Positions 47,907-57,288 of a stretch of DNA of 64,000 bases are shown here, one piece after another (position 1 is the first letter of the stretch; every line of letters begins with the position of its first letter). The translations under genes were made by a program, and so were the position numbers. Under the pieces are notes generated by a model. It was not told where the DNA came from. It worked only from the letters and a program-made list of their open reading frames with translations, and did no database searches. The DNA is from an uncultured Chloroflexia bacterium (lineage in GTDB: Bacteria > Chloroflexota > Limnocylindria > Limnocylindrales > CSP1-4): assembly GCA_963752475.1 (NCBI GenBank), contig CAVVYR010000013.1, positions 642-64,641 on the forward strand, written 5' to 3'.

Positions 47907-47923
47907 GCACGTAATCTACGTGC
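47907..47923. promoter_or_regulatory. Inverted repeat upstream of vapB (candidate autoregulatory operator).
   Basis: gcacgta-atc-tacgtgc: 7-bp perfect arms with a 3-bp spacer, 24-40 bp upstream of the vapB ATG. Confidence 0.4.
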
Positions 47924-48178
47924 GCTTCGTCGGAGGAGTCAAGGGCGGTGGTCGACACCTACCCACCGAGAGGGTCACTGGGCGAAGCCCTTGGCCGGTC
48001 GACCCTGCGGGAGGGTGAGAGGGCGACTGCTCCGTCGCCTCACCCTTGGCACGGGTGGAACGGCGATCGAACGGCAGACGAACGAGCGGATCCGGGGGCT
48101 CCTTGGCCCGGTGACCCACAGGGTGGGTAGCGGTGCGAGCACACGGGTGGTGCTGAGTCCCAGAGCGGCGTCGCTGGT

Positions 48179-48982
48179 TCAGGCCAGGTCGTGGATGATC
48201 CAGACGTTGGGGTCGTGGTACGTGCCCACGTCCGCCTCCCGGTCGATCTCGACAGGCGCGCACGCGCCAGGCACGACGTACAGGCCGGTGTCCGGGAAGG
48301 CCAGACCGGTCCAGGTTTCCCATTCGGCGACCGAGGCGGTGACGAGCATCGACTGCGGCTCTGGCCGCTCGAGTCGTCCGCCCAGCCGCACGTGGAGGCG
48401 GATCCAGGGGTCGAATGGCAGACCGTCCTCGCGGGTCCACTGTGCGTACTGCGCGATCGGCGTCAGGGGATAGCGCTCGAGCAGGGTCGGCCGCACGCAG
48501 GCGATGAGTGCGCGCAGCCCACGGAGCCGGGCACCAGCCTGCATGGCCTGCACCATCGACCCGCTGAGACGGTCTCCGCGCCGCGCCGGATCGGTGACGA
48601 TCATGATGGCGCCGAGCGTGTTCGGGGCGACACCGCGTTCCAGTTCGTCGACGCTGCGCTCGAACTGCCGGTCCCACCCACGAGGCAGGTCCGTCGACGT
48701 GCCGTCCCACGTGAGCGGCGCGCTGCGAGCGACCGCTTCGAGCGCGCCGTCCGAGCCAAGCAGCGCCAGCTGGTATGAAGGGAGATCGGCAGCCAGGCGG
48801 GGCCAGTAGCGGTCGGAAACCACGTCGCTGAGCATGAACTTCGGCCAGACCGACGAGCCGAACCGTTCGACGCGCTGGGCCATATCGGGCTGTTCCGCGA
48901 GCGTCACGAGAACGCTCCCCTCCGGCAAGGACGTACCGCTGTCGGCAAGAGCGGCGGTCAGGGAAGCTCCGGTCACGGACAC
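48179..48982 (-). CDS. GNAT-like acyltransferase-fold hypothetical protein.
   Basis: The sequence from VSVTGASL... to ...NVWIIHDLA is conserved-looking. The GTG start at 48980-48982 (or 48976) was chosen because the listed 396-aa ORF overlaps serS. The family assignment rests on general resemblance only. Confidence 0.45.
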   Translation of the reverse strand: MSVTGASLTAALADSGTSLPEGSVLVTLAEQPDMAQRVERFGSSVWPKFMLSDVVSDRYWPRLAADLPSYQLALLGSDGALEAVARSAPLTWDGTSTDLPRGWDRQFERSVDELERGVAPNTLGAIMIVTDPARRGDRLSGSMVQAMQAGARLRGLRALIACVRPTLLERYPLTPIAQYAQWTREDGLPFDPWIRLHVRLGGRLERPEPQSMLVTASVAEWETWTGLAFPDTGLYVVPGACAPVEIDREADVGTYHDPNVWIIHDLA

Positions 48983-48993
48983 GACAGCGATCC

Positions 48994-50313
48994 CTACTGG
49001 GCGGAGATCCGATCTCCGAGTCGGTCGCGCAGGGCTTCCGGCACCACCACCGAGCCATCGGGCTGCTGGTAGACCTCGAGGATGGCGGCGACCACGCGCG
49101 CCAACGCCAGGCCGGAGCCGTTGAGCGTGTGCAGGATCTCTGGCTTGGCGCCCTTCTCCGGGCGGTAGCGGATGGCCATGCGGCGGGCCTGGTAGTCGCG
49201 GAAGTTGGAGATCGAGCTGACCTCCAGCCAGTCCTCGACGCCGGGTGCCCAGACCTCCAGGTCGTACTTCTTGGCCTGGGTGAAGCCCATGTCGCCGGTG
49301 GCCATGAGCTTGACGCGATACGGCAGGCCCAGCCGCTGCAGGATGTCCTCCGCGCGCGAGGTCATCCACTCGAGGGCATCGTTGGACTCCTCGGGGCGGA
49401 CGAAGGCGACCATCTCGACCTTGTCGAACTGGTGCACGCGCAGGATGCCGCGGGTCTTGGCCCCGGCCGCGCCAGCCTCACGCCGGAAGCAGGGCGAGTA
49501 GGCCGCGTAGCGGATGGGCAGGTCCTCAGCCTCGATGATCTCGTCGCGGTGGATGTTGGTGACCGGCACCTCCGCGGTGGGGATGAGGTAGAGCTCGTCG
49601 CGCGTGGCGACGTACATCTGGTCTTCCTTGTCCGGGATCTGGCCGGTGCCCCGGGCCGAATCCTCGTTGACCACGACCGGCGGCCAGACCTCGGTCATGC
49701 CGTTCTCGCTCGTGTGGATGTCGAGGAAGAAGTTGATGAGCGCACGCTGTAGCCGCGACCCTGCACCCTTGTACAGGGGCCAGCCCGAGCCGGTGATCTT
49801 GGCCCCCGCGGGCAGGTCGATCATGCCCAGCTCCTCGGCGATCTCCCAGTGCGGCTTGCGCACCCAGGCCTCGTGCTCGTCCGTCTGCTGTTCCTCGTGC
49901 GGCGTGACGGGCTCGCCCCAGGTGCGCACGACGGTGCTGGCCTCCTCGCCGCCGACCGGCACGTCCGCATCGGGCGGGTTGGGGATGCGCAGGAGCAGGT
50001 CCTCGAGCTGGGCCGTGACCTGTGCCAGCCGGGCGTCCATGCCGCTGATCTCGGCGCCGATCCAGTTGGACTGCTCCTTGAGCTGCGAGACGCGCGGGCC
50101 GTTGGCCTGCTCGCCGCCCTTGATGGCGATGCCGATGGACTCGGAGATCTGCTTCTTCTGGGCCCGCATCGCGTCCGCCTTGCCCAGCAGGTCGCGTCGC
50201 TGCTGGTCGATGACGAGGGCCTGGTCGACGAGCGCGGGATCCTCACCCTTGGCCACGCAGCCGCTACGGATGACGTCGACCTCTTCCCGAAGCCGTGCTG
50301 ATCCGACGCTCAT
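48994..50313 (-). CDS. serS: Serine--tRNA ligase.
   Basis: 439 aa with an N-terminal coiled-coil arm. The class II motifs are FRREAGAAGAKTRGILRVHQFDKVE and TLNGSGLALARVVAAILE. Confidence 0.9.
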   Translation of the reverse strand: MSVGSARLREEVDVIRSGCVAKGEDPALVDQALVIDQQRRDLLGKADAMRAQKKQISESIGIAIKGGEQANGPRVSQLKEQSNWIGAEISGMDARLAQVTAQLEDLLLRIPNPPDADVPVGGEEASTVVRTWGEPVTPHEEQQTDEHEAWVRKPHWEIAEELGMIDLPAGAKITGSGWPLYKGAGSRLQRALINFFLDIHTSENGMTEVWPPVVVNEDSARGTGQIPDKEDQMYVATRDELYLIPTAEVPVTNIHRDEIIEAEDLPIRYAAYSPCFRREAGAAGAKTRGILRVHQFDKVEMVAFVRPEESNDALEWMTSRAEDILQRLGLPYRVKLMATGDMGFTQAKKYDLEVWAPGVEDWLEVSSISNFRDYQARRMAIRYRPEKGAKPEILHTLNGSGLALARVVAAILEVYQQPDGSVVVPEALRDRLGDRISAQ

Positions 50314-51935
50314 GCGTCCGCTCCTTCCGCTGCGCCGGTGGCCGAAGAAGCGGCCGCGGCAGCTGCGCGCAGACGTTCGACCACGAAGGCCGGTTCGAGG
50401 CTGGCGAGCAGCCAGCCGGCGCGCGGGCCGTTGGTGCGACCGAGCAGCGCGCTGTAGACGGCAGCGAAGGCATCGCGCGACGAGACGCCTCGGGCCTGGC
50501 CGCAGCGGTAGATGAGGTCCTGCCAGGCGTCACCGCCGAGCGGATGCTCCGACTCGGCGCCGTCGGCCATGTCGGAGAGGAAGAGCGCCTGCACCTCGTT
50601 CAGCTCGGACACCTCCGCGGTCGGCAGGTCCTCGCGCACCGAGACCTGGTAGCGGTCTGGTGCCCAGCCATCGAGCCAGGCCCGGGCGACAGCGGCGCGC
50701 TCCTCGAGGATGGCCAGCTCGGTCTCGTCGAGCGGCTCGCCCTTCTCTTCGGTCATGCGCGCGACGAGGTCCACACCGGGTACCTGCACGAGCATCGTGA
50801 GGTGGCGGAAGGGCGGGCGGAAGCGCGCGGCTTCGGCTGCCGGGTCGGCATCGGCGTCGACCAGCGAGAGGCGGAAGATGCGCTCGAAGTCGGCCGGCAG
50901 CTCGCCACGCACCGGTCGGCCGTCGACGGCGGCAGCCAGCCGGTCGAACTCGTCGAAGAGCCCGGGGATGGCATCCCCGCCCGGATCGAACTCGAGCGCA
51001 CGCTTGGGCTTGTGGCGCAGGAAGAGGAAGCGGATGAGCTCCGGCGGGATGAGGTCGGCCATCTCGTGGGCGGCGGCACCCGAGCCCGCGGACGTGGACA
51101 TCTTGCGGCCGCCGACGTTGAGGAACTCGTAGACCACGTTCACCGGCGGCTCGCGGTCGAAGACCTCGCGACTGATGGCGTCACTGCGATCGCGACTGCC
51201 ACCCTTGGTGCCGAGGTCCTTGCCGCAACCCTCGATGGTGATGCCGAAGTGGCTCCACTTGGCGGCCCAGTCGACGTTGAACGGCAGCTTGGCGCGTCCG
51301 CCGGCGGGCACGACGCGGCCGCTGTTACCGCAGCCGGTGGCCCAGGTCACGTAGTCCGCCTTGCACTCGTAGGCCACGGTCTCGCCGTCCCAATCGGTGG
51401 CGAGGGTGGTGCCGATGCGGCCGCATTCCTCGCAGATGACGCTGACCGGCAGCCAGCCGGCGGGGCGCTCGACGTTGCTGACCCGTAGGTAGATGTCGCG
51501 CACGACCTCCGCCCGGTCGAGGGCCTGGCGGATGAACCTGTCCATGGAGCCGTCGCCATAGAGCTCCGACATCCAGTAGATCTCCGGGTGCACACCGAGA
51601 CCTTCGAAGGTGCCCATGAAGAGTTCGCCCACGAAGTAGCGCGCATAGCTCTCGGCGGTGCTGCCCTTCGGCGCCGGCACGTGCGAGAGCGGGACGCCCA
51701 TGTAGCGGTCGACCGCGTCCGGCGTCAGCAGCGCCTGCGAGTCCATGGGGTCGAGGTCGTCGACGCCGTAGAGGTTGCGGCTGGGCAACCCGGCCTGCAG
51801 CAGCGCCCGATGGATGACGTCATGGAGGACGACGCCACGAAGCGAGCCGATGTGCACGGTGCCAGACGGGGTCTTCGAATCGTTGACGATCTGCGGTCCG
51901 TCGAAGCGCGCGGCTAGCTCATCAGCCCAGAACAT
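50310..51935 (-). CDS. lysK: Class I lysine--tRNA ligase.
   Basis: 541 aa. The HIGH-type motif is TPSGTVHIGS. The KMSKS-type motif is RKMSTSAG. CGKDLGTKGGS resembles the class-I LysRS core. The stop overlaps the serS start by 4 bp. Confidence 0.8.
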   Translation of the reverse strand: MFWADELAARFDGPQIVNDSKTPSGTVHIGSLRGVVLHDVIHRALLQAGLPSRNLYGVDDLDPMDSQALLTPDAVDRYMGVPLSHVPAPKGSTAESYARYFVGELFMGTFEGLGVHPEIYWMSELYGDGSMDRFIRQALDRAEVVRDIYLRVSNVERPAGWLPVSVICEECGRIGTTLATDWDGETVAYECKADYVTWATGCGNSGRVVPAGGRAKLPFNVDWAAKWSHFGITIEGCGKDLGTKGGSRDRSDAISREVFDREPPVNVVYEFLNVGGRKMSTSAGSGAAAHEMADLIPPELIRFLFLRHKPKRALEFDPGGDAIPGLFDEFDRLAAAVDGRPVRGELPADFERIFRLSLVDADADPAAEAARFRPPFRHLTMLVQVPGVDLVARMTEEKGEPLDETELAILEERAAVARAWLDGWAPDRYQVSVREDLPTAEVSELNEVQALFLSDMADGAESEHPLGGDAWQDLIYRCGQARGVSSRDAFAAVYSALLGRTNGPRAGWLLASLEPAFVVERLRAAAAAASSATGAAEGADA

Positions 51936-51974
51936 GTGCGGTCCCCTCTCCCGACCAGGCGGGCCGGGACGGTG

Positions 51975-52442
51975 TCAGCGGATGCTGACGATGGTGTACG
52001 TCGAATCCCCGGCCGGAACCGAGACGGTGACTTCCTCGCCCTTCTTCTTGCCCAGCAGGGCGCGACCGACGGGCGACTCGTTGGAGATGCGGCCCTCGTC
52101 TGGCGCGGCCTCCGCAGCACCGACGATGGTGTACTTCTCCTTGCCCTCTTCGCCCTCGATCGTCACGGTCGAACCGATCTGGACGTAGGTGCGGGAGTGC
52201 TTCTCGTCGATGAGCACGGCGTTCTTGATGATCGCGGTCAGCGTCTGGATGCGGCCTTCGACGAAGGCCTGCTCGTTCTTGGCGTCTTCGTACTCGGCGT
52301 TCTCCGTGACGTCGCCGTATTCCTTGGCGTCATGGATTCGCTGGGCGACCTCAGGCCGCTTGACGTTGGTCAGCTCGTCGAGCTCGGCCTTGAGCTTCTG
52401 GAGACCCTCAGCCGAGAGATATTCGGGCTTGTTCGCGTTCAA
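51975..52442 (-). CDS. greA: Transcription elongation factor GreA.
   Basis: 155 aa. It has an N-terminal coiled coil (LSAEGLQKLKAELDEL) and the C-terminal motif ISNESPVGRALLGKKKGEEV. Confidence 0.9.
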   Translation of the reverse strand: MNANKPEYLSAEGLQKLKAELDELTNVKRPEVAQRIHDAKEYGDVTENAEYEDAKNEQAFVEGRIQTLTAIIKNAVLIDEKHSRTYVQIGSTVTIEGEEGKEKYTIVGAAEAAPDEGRISNESPVGRALLGKKKGEEVTVSVPAGDSTYTIVSIR

Positions 52443-52645
52443 CGTGGATCCTCAAACTGAGCGCCCGGCCAGGACGCGTGGGACACAGGTCATTGCGGCT
52501 TGTCAGGGTAGGGTCCTGACGGTCGGCCGCACCGCCCGCTCAAACAGGCGGATCAGGCGCCGTTCAGAAGCGGGATTGTACACCGTCAGGGCGTGATTCG
52601 ACGATGAGCCGGCCGCGGAGCGGCGCCATCATCGCTTGCGGTGCC

Positions 52646-53899
52646 TCAGCCGACGCGGCTCTCGCTGTCCTTGACGACGGTGCCGTCCTGCAGCACCACG
52701 ACGACGTTGTGCGGCTCGGCCATGAGTTCGATGTCGTCGAGCGGCTGACCCTTCACGAGCACGAGGTCCGCGCGCTTGCCCACCTCGACCGTGCCGATCT
52801 CGTCCTCGAGCATGAACAGCTCGGCGTTGGTGCGAGTGGCGCTGATGATGGCCTCGTGGGCACCCAGCACCCGCGACTTGAACACCATCTCCTCGCCGCG
52901 GCGACCCTGCCACGGCCCCACCACGTCGGAGCCGCTGGCGAGCTTCACGCCGGCATCGCGGGCGACGGCGATCGACTCGTAGGCCTCCTTGGCGAAGCCG
53001 CCAAGGATGGCCACCTTCTCCGGCGCCAGGCCCATGCGGTCGGGATGGGCCAGAAACGATTCCATGGTCTGGAGCGTGGGCACCATGAAGGCGCCTTCGG
53101 CGGCGATCCGCCTGGCCGTCGCCGGCTCCAGACGCGAACCGTGCTCGATGGAGCGCACGCCGGCATCGAGCGCCATCTCGACCGACGGCGTCGTGTGGCA
53201 GTGGGCCATGACGTACGTGCCCCAGCTGCGCGCGACCTCGACGGCCACGGAGATCTCAGCCACCGACAGCTGCAGCGAGTCGAGCGGGTCGGTGGGGGAG
53301 ATCACGCCACCTGAGGCCATCAGCTTGATCTGCGTGGCGCCGCGACGGAGCTGCTCACGCGCCGCCCGGCGGACCTCGTCGACGCCGTCCACGACAGCGA
53401 AGCCGGCGACCAGGCCGGGGATGGTCTGGCTGCGGTGCAACTCCTCGTGGCGTTGTCGGTCGTCAGCATGACCGCCCGTTTGGCTCAGGGGTGAGCCGGC
53501 CGGCAGGATCCGCGGCCCGCTCAGCTTGCCCGCGATGATGGCTTGCGCCCACGCCGGCTCCAGACCACCGGCGTCGCGTACGGTCGTGAAGCCCTCCTGC
53601 AGTGCGCCCTCGATGAACTCGGCCACGGTCAGCACGTGGGTGATCCAGGCGTCGCTGCCGTGGTCGCCCTTCACGCCGATGAGCGCGAAGTGGACGTGCG
53701 CGTCGGTCAGACCCGGCAGCAGTGTCGTGCCCGCGCCATCGATCACGGCGACATCGGTGGCGACCACGCCGACGTCCCCGGTCTTCGCGATGCGGCCGTC
53801 CTCGACGAGCACATCGAGACGACCATCGGGCTCACGTCCGGTGGCATCGATGAGTTCGACGTCGCGGATGACGGTGCGGTTCGGCTGGTCGGTGGTCAT
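52646..53899 (-). CDS. Amidohydrolase-superfamily metal-dependent hydrolase.
   Basis: 417 aa. The LPGLTDAHVHF (HxH) motif plus later IEHG and ASGSDV motifs indicate the family. Confidence 0.75.
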   Translation of the reverse strand: MTTDQPNRTVIRDVELIDATGREPDGRLDVLVEDGRIAKTGDVGVVATDVAVIDGAGTTLLPGLTDAHVHFALIGVKGDHGSDAWITHVLTVAEFIEGALQEGFTTVRDAGGLEPAWAQAIIAGKLSGPRILPAGSPLSQTGGHADDRQRHEELHRSQTIPGLVAGFAVVDGVDEVRRAAREQLRRGATQIKLMASGGVISPTDPLDSLQLSVAEISVAVEVARSWGTYVMAHCHTTPSVEMALDAGVRSIEHGSRLEPATARRIAAEGAFMVPTLQTMESFLAHPDRMGLAPEKVAILGGFAKEAYESIAVARDAGVKLASGSDVVGPWQGRRGEEMVFKSRVLGAHEAIISATRTNAELFMLEDEIGTVEVGKRADLVLVKGQPLDDIELMAEPHNVVVVLQDGTVVKDSESRVG

Positions 53900-53921
53900 G
53901 GACCCTCACTGTTCAGCGGCC

Positions 53922-54410
53922 CTAGCGGCCAAGGCGTAGCAGGCGCTTCTTCACGCGCGAGAGCGCGCGGTCGTCGGTGCAGGCCACGAAGAGCGTGTCG
54001 TCCCCGGCGATGGTGCCGAGCACGTCCCTCCATTGCGCTCGGTCGAGCGCCGCGGCGATGGCATGGGCCGTCCCCGGCACCGCGCGGATGACGAGCATCG
54101 TGCCCGAGCGACGGACCTCGATAGGCAGGTCGCTGAGCAGTTGCGACAGGCGCTGCTCGCCACCCAGCTCGACCGCCGCGTCGGCCGATGGCAGCGCATA
54201 GACGAGCGCGCCGTCCACGCGGACCTTCATCAGGCCCATCTCGGCGATGTCGCGGCTGACGGTGGCCTGGGTCACGCGGAAGCCCTTGTCCCCGAGCGCC
54301 GCCACGAGCTCGCGCTGGGTGCGCAGATGCCGGTCCTGCACCACATCGGCGATGGCTTGCTGGCGGGCCCTCTTGAGCAGCTCGCTGGTGCCGTTCCTCG
54401 CCATGGTCAA
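53922..54410 (-). CDS. argR: Arginine repressor.
   Basis: 162 aa. The wHTH is QATVSRDIAEMGL. The C-terminal oligomerisation/arginine-binding motif is GTIAGDDTLFV. Confidence 0.85.
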   Translation of the reverse strand: MTMARNGTSELLKRARQQAIADVVQDRHLRTQRELVAALGDKGFRVTQATVSRDIAEMGLMKVRVDGALVYALPSADAAVELGGEQRLSQLLSDLPIEVRRSGTMLVIRAVPGTAHAIAAALDRAQWRDVLGTIAGDDTLFVACTDDRALSRVKKRLLRLGR

Positions 54411-55237
54411 GCGTTCACCAGGAGGAGGACGAGGAACACGGCCGCGGCGACCAGGCGATAGGCGATGAAGATGCCGGTGCTGTGGTTTCGCAGGTAGCGG
54501 AGCATGAAGCCGATGGCCAGCCAGCCGGCGACGAAGGCCGCGATGACGCCTGCCGCGAGCACGGCCAGGTCGACGTCACCGGCCTCACCGGTGACGATGT
54601 GGCGCGCCTTCCACAGGCCGGCTCCGGCGATGATGGGGATGCCCATGAGAAAGGCGAAGCGGGCGGCAGACTCACGCTTGTAGCCGCGGGCAAGTCCGGC
54701 CGCGATGGTGATGCCCGAGCGGCTGATGCCCGGGAACAGAGCGAACATCTGGGCCACGCCGATGAAGGCCGCGTCCCCGATGTCCGCATCCTCGAGATCG
54801 CGGGTGCGCGTGCCGATGCGCTCGGCCAGCCAAAGGACGCCGGCACCGACGACGAGGATGAAGGGGATGACGATGACGGCGTCGTAGAAGAAGCCGTCGA
54901 TCCAATCCTCGAAGGCGAGCCCGAAGAGCGCCGCCGGGATGATCGTCAGCAGCAGCACCAGTGAGAGCTTGCGGTTCGGGTCAGTCCCGAAAGAACGCTC
55001 GCGCAGCAGGGCGATGAAGGCGCCGGTCAGCTCGAGCACATCGCGCCAGAAGTAGACCAGCAGCGCACCGAGGGTGCCCATATGCAGCATGACCACGAAG
55101 GTCGAGCTGTTGATGAGCTCGTCGTCCCAGCCGAGGGCACGCGGCAGCACGATGAGATGTGCCGAGCTGGACACGGGCAGGAACTCGGTCAGCCCCTGCA
55201 CGACTCCGATGATGATGGCCTGGACGATCTCTTCCAA
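54407..55237 (-). CDS. uppP: Undecaprenyl-diphosphate phosphatase.
   Basis: 276 aa, polytopic. Motifs: QGLTEFLPVSSSAHL and PGISRSG. Confidence 0.9.
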   Translation of the reverse strand: MEEIVQAIIIGVVQGLTEFLPVSSSAHLIVLPRALGWDDELINSSTFVVMLHMGTLGALLVYFWRDVLELTGAFIALLRERSFGTDPNRKLSLVLLLTIIPAALFGLAFEDWIDGFFYDAVIVIPFILVVGAGVLWLAERIGTRTRDLEDADIGDAAFIGVAQMFALFPGISRSGITIAAGLARGYKRESAARFAFLMGIPIIAGAGLWKARHIVTGEAGDVDLAVLAAGVIAAFVAGWLAIGFMLRYLRNHSTGIFIAYRLVAAAVFLVLLLVNA

Positions 55238-55296
55238 TCACTCCCTCCGCTCCGACGACGCGGCCGCCGGCAGCCCGAGCCTACCCGCAGAATCGA

Positions 55297-55325
55297 ACGA
55301 CCGCCGGTGACAGGCCGGCGGTCGT
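55297..55325 (-). terminator. GC-rich hairpin downstream of ndk (candidate intrinsic terminator).
   Basis: An 11-bp perfect stem (acgaccgccgg / ccggcggtcgt) with a 7-nt loop. On the minus-strand transcript it is followed by UCGAUUCUG. Confidence 0.45.
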
Positions 55326-55354
55326 CGATGAGTGGTGCCGCCGTGTGGTCGGGG

Positions 55355-55807
55355 CTACTCGACGATCCAGGCGTCGATGGCGCGCTCGTAGTCGAGCAGC
55401 TCCGAGTCGTCGAACCAGAGGCCCAGCTCCATGGCCGCGTTCTCGAGGCTGTCCGAGGCGTGGACGATGTTCATGCCGGTCTCGAGGGCGAGATCACCGC
55501 GGATCGAGCCGGGGGCGGCTTCGTTGGGTCGGGTGGCGCCGTTGATGGCGCGGCAGACCTCGATGGCCTTGGGTCCCTCGACGGCCATGGCCACGAGCGG
55601 ACCGCTGGTGATGAACTCGATGAGGCCGGCGAAGAACGGCTTGTCCGAGTGGACCGCGTAGTGGCGCTCGGCGAGGCTGCGATCGGCCTGCATCAGCTTG
55701 AGCCCGGCGATGCGCAGGCCGCGCGACTCATAGCGATCGATGACGCGGCCGATGAGCCCGCGCTGGACGCCATCGGGCTTGATCAGGATGAGGGTTCGCT
55801 CGCTCAC
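55355..55807 (-). CDS. ndk: Nucleoside-diphosphate kinase.
   Basis: 150 aa. Motifs: ERTLILIKPDGVQRGL, and NIVHASDS with the catalytic His. The GTG start overlaps the upstream TGA (GTGA). Confidence 0.9.
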   Translation of the reverse strand: MSERTLILIKPDGVQRGLIGRVIDRYESRGLRIAGLKLMQADRSLAERHYAVHSDKPFFAGLIEFITSGPLVAMAVEGPKAIEVCRAINGATRPNEAAPGSIRGDLALETGMNIVHASDSLENAAMELGLWFDDSELLDYERAIDAWIVE

Positions 55808-57288
55808 GTGGGCTCCTTCGATGGTGGCCCTGCGGAGAGGGCCTGATGGGCTGCTTGATAGGCCGCGGCGGCCTCGTTGTCACGGCCGAGGCTGCGGTAG
55901 GCGTCGCCTCTGACGAGATGGATGGCCGAGAGGTGGCGGCTGCTCCCCGAGACGGTGGCAGCGGCGCGATCGGCCGACGAGAGGATGATAGGCGCCAGCG
56001 CCGGGTCGAGGCGCAACAGCACGGCCAGGCGGGCCACGGCCGCGGCGACGTCACCGACCGCGATGGCTTGGTCGACGGTCTCGAGCTCCTCGCCGGCGAG
56101 CCGGCCGCTCATGACCACGGCACCAGTGCTGGCGGCACCACCGGGGTGGCCGACGGCGCCTCGGCCGGCAGGCACGAGATCCGGGGCGGCTGCTGCCGGC
56201 TGCACGATGGGTTCGAGCTCCCAGGTGGTGGCCGACGGCGCGGCCACCTCGCTGCCACCCACGAGCAGACCCCAGTGACCCGGTTCGGCCGCGCCGGTGG
56301 CCATCCAGCCCTCGTCCTCCGGCGGCCAGATGGCACTGCGTGGCTCGTTGGCGAAGAGCACGTCCATGGCGCCACCGACGCGTTCGTAGAGCGAGCCGGC
56401 GATGGGATTGGCATCGGCTTCTCGGCCGCTGCGGGCCATGTCCTCGGCGATGATCAGGGCTGCGAGCGGCTCCTCGCCGCCGGATGCCTGGTGGGCACGC
56501 GCCGCGTCGGCCGCACCTTCGAGATCGCCGCTGCGCCAGCGGACCTCGGCCAGGTCGGCCATGGCGTCCCGGTCGAGCGTGCCGGCACCGGCCATGCCCT
56601 CGAGCGTGGCACGGGCCACGGTCAGCAAGCCGCCGCGCAGGTGCACACGCGCCAGTCGTGCGTCGGCACTACGCGTGGCAGCGGCTGCCTGATCGTCGGT
56701 GGGTCCGGGCAGGGGGGCGTCGGACGTGGCCACAGGCACGCTGATGGGAACCGAGCCTCCAGGTCGCTGGCGCGGTCGTGCGGCTGGCTGGAGCGGCGAG
56801 CTCGACGGGGACGGGCGTTCGGGCCGGCCCGACGGTGGCAGCGGTGGCCGTGCCGAGCGCGGCGGGGCACCTGGGCCAACCGGCAGCTGTCCGGCCGGTG
56901 GGCGCCCGGGCGGTGGCCCAGCTGGTGGCTGTCCGGTCGGTGGCCCAGCTGGTGGCGGCCCACTCGGCGGCGGATGCCCGGTCGGTGGGCCAGTCGGTGG
57001 CTGCCCGGTCGGCGGCATCGGCGGCAGACGAGGCGGCATCGGGCGTGGTCCAGCACCTGGCGGCATCGGCGCTGGTGGCCTGGCACCAGGAGGCATCACG
57101 CCGGGCGGCATCACGCCGGGCGGCATCACGCCTGGCGGCATCGGAGGCTGCGGAATCGGGCGTGGTCCCTGCGGCGGGCCCAGCGATGGTGGTGGCGGTG
57201 GTCGGTTCGGCTGTTCGGAGTCGTGCCCGACGTCGGTGGATGGCCACTCGGGCTCCGGGTGAGCGTCTGGGCGCTGGTCGTCGGTCAT
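55804..57288 (-). CDS. Hypothetical protein with a ~200-aa proline-rich N-terminal half and a TPR-like helical C-terminal half.
   Basis: The ATG at 57286-57288 overlaps the M16 peptidase stop (ATGA). The N-terminal half carries PPGVMPPGVMPPGVMPPGARPPAPMPPGAGPRPMPP...GQPPTGPPTGHPPPSGPPPAGPPTGQPPAGPPPG. The C-terminal half has Ala/Leu-rich helical-repeat character (AAVARLAVLLRLDP..., RGDAYRSLGRDNEAAAAYQAA). Confidence 0.6.
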   Translation of the reverse strand: MTDDQRPDAHPEPEWPSTDVGHDSEQPNRPPPPPSLGPPQGPRPIPQPPMPPGVMPPGVMPPGVMPPGARPPAPMPPGAGPRPMPPRLPPMPPTGQPPTGPPTGHPPPSGPPPAGPPTGQPPAGPPPGRPPAGQLPVGPGAPPRSARPPLPPSGRPERPSPSSSPLQPAARPRQRPGGSVPISVPVATSDAPLPGPTDDQAAAATRSADARLARVHLRGGLLTVARATLEGMAGAGTLDRDAMADLAEVRWRSGDLEGAADAARAHQASGGEEPLAALIIAEDMARSGREADANPIAGSLYERVGGAMDVLFANEPRSAIWPPEDEGWMATGAAEPGHWGLLVGGSEVAAPSATTWELEPIVQPAAAAPDLVPAGRGAVGHPGGAASTGAVVMSGRLAGEELETVDQAIAVGDVAAAVARLAVLLRLDPALAPIILSSADRAAATVSGSSRHLSAIHLVRGDAYRSLGRDNEAAAAYQAAHQALSAGPPSKEPT

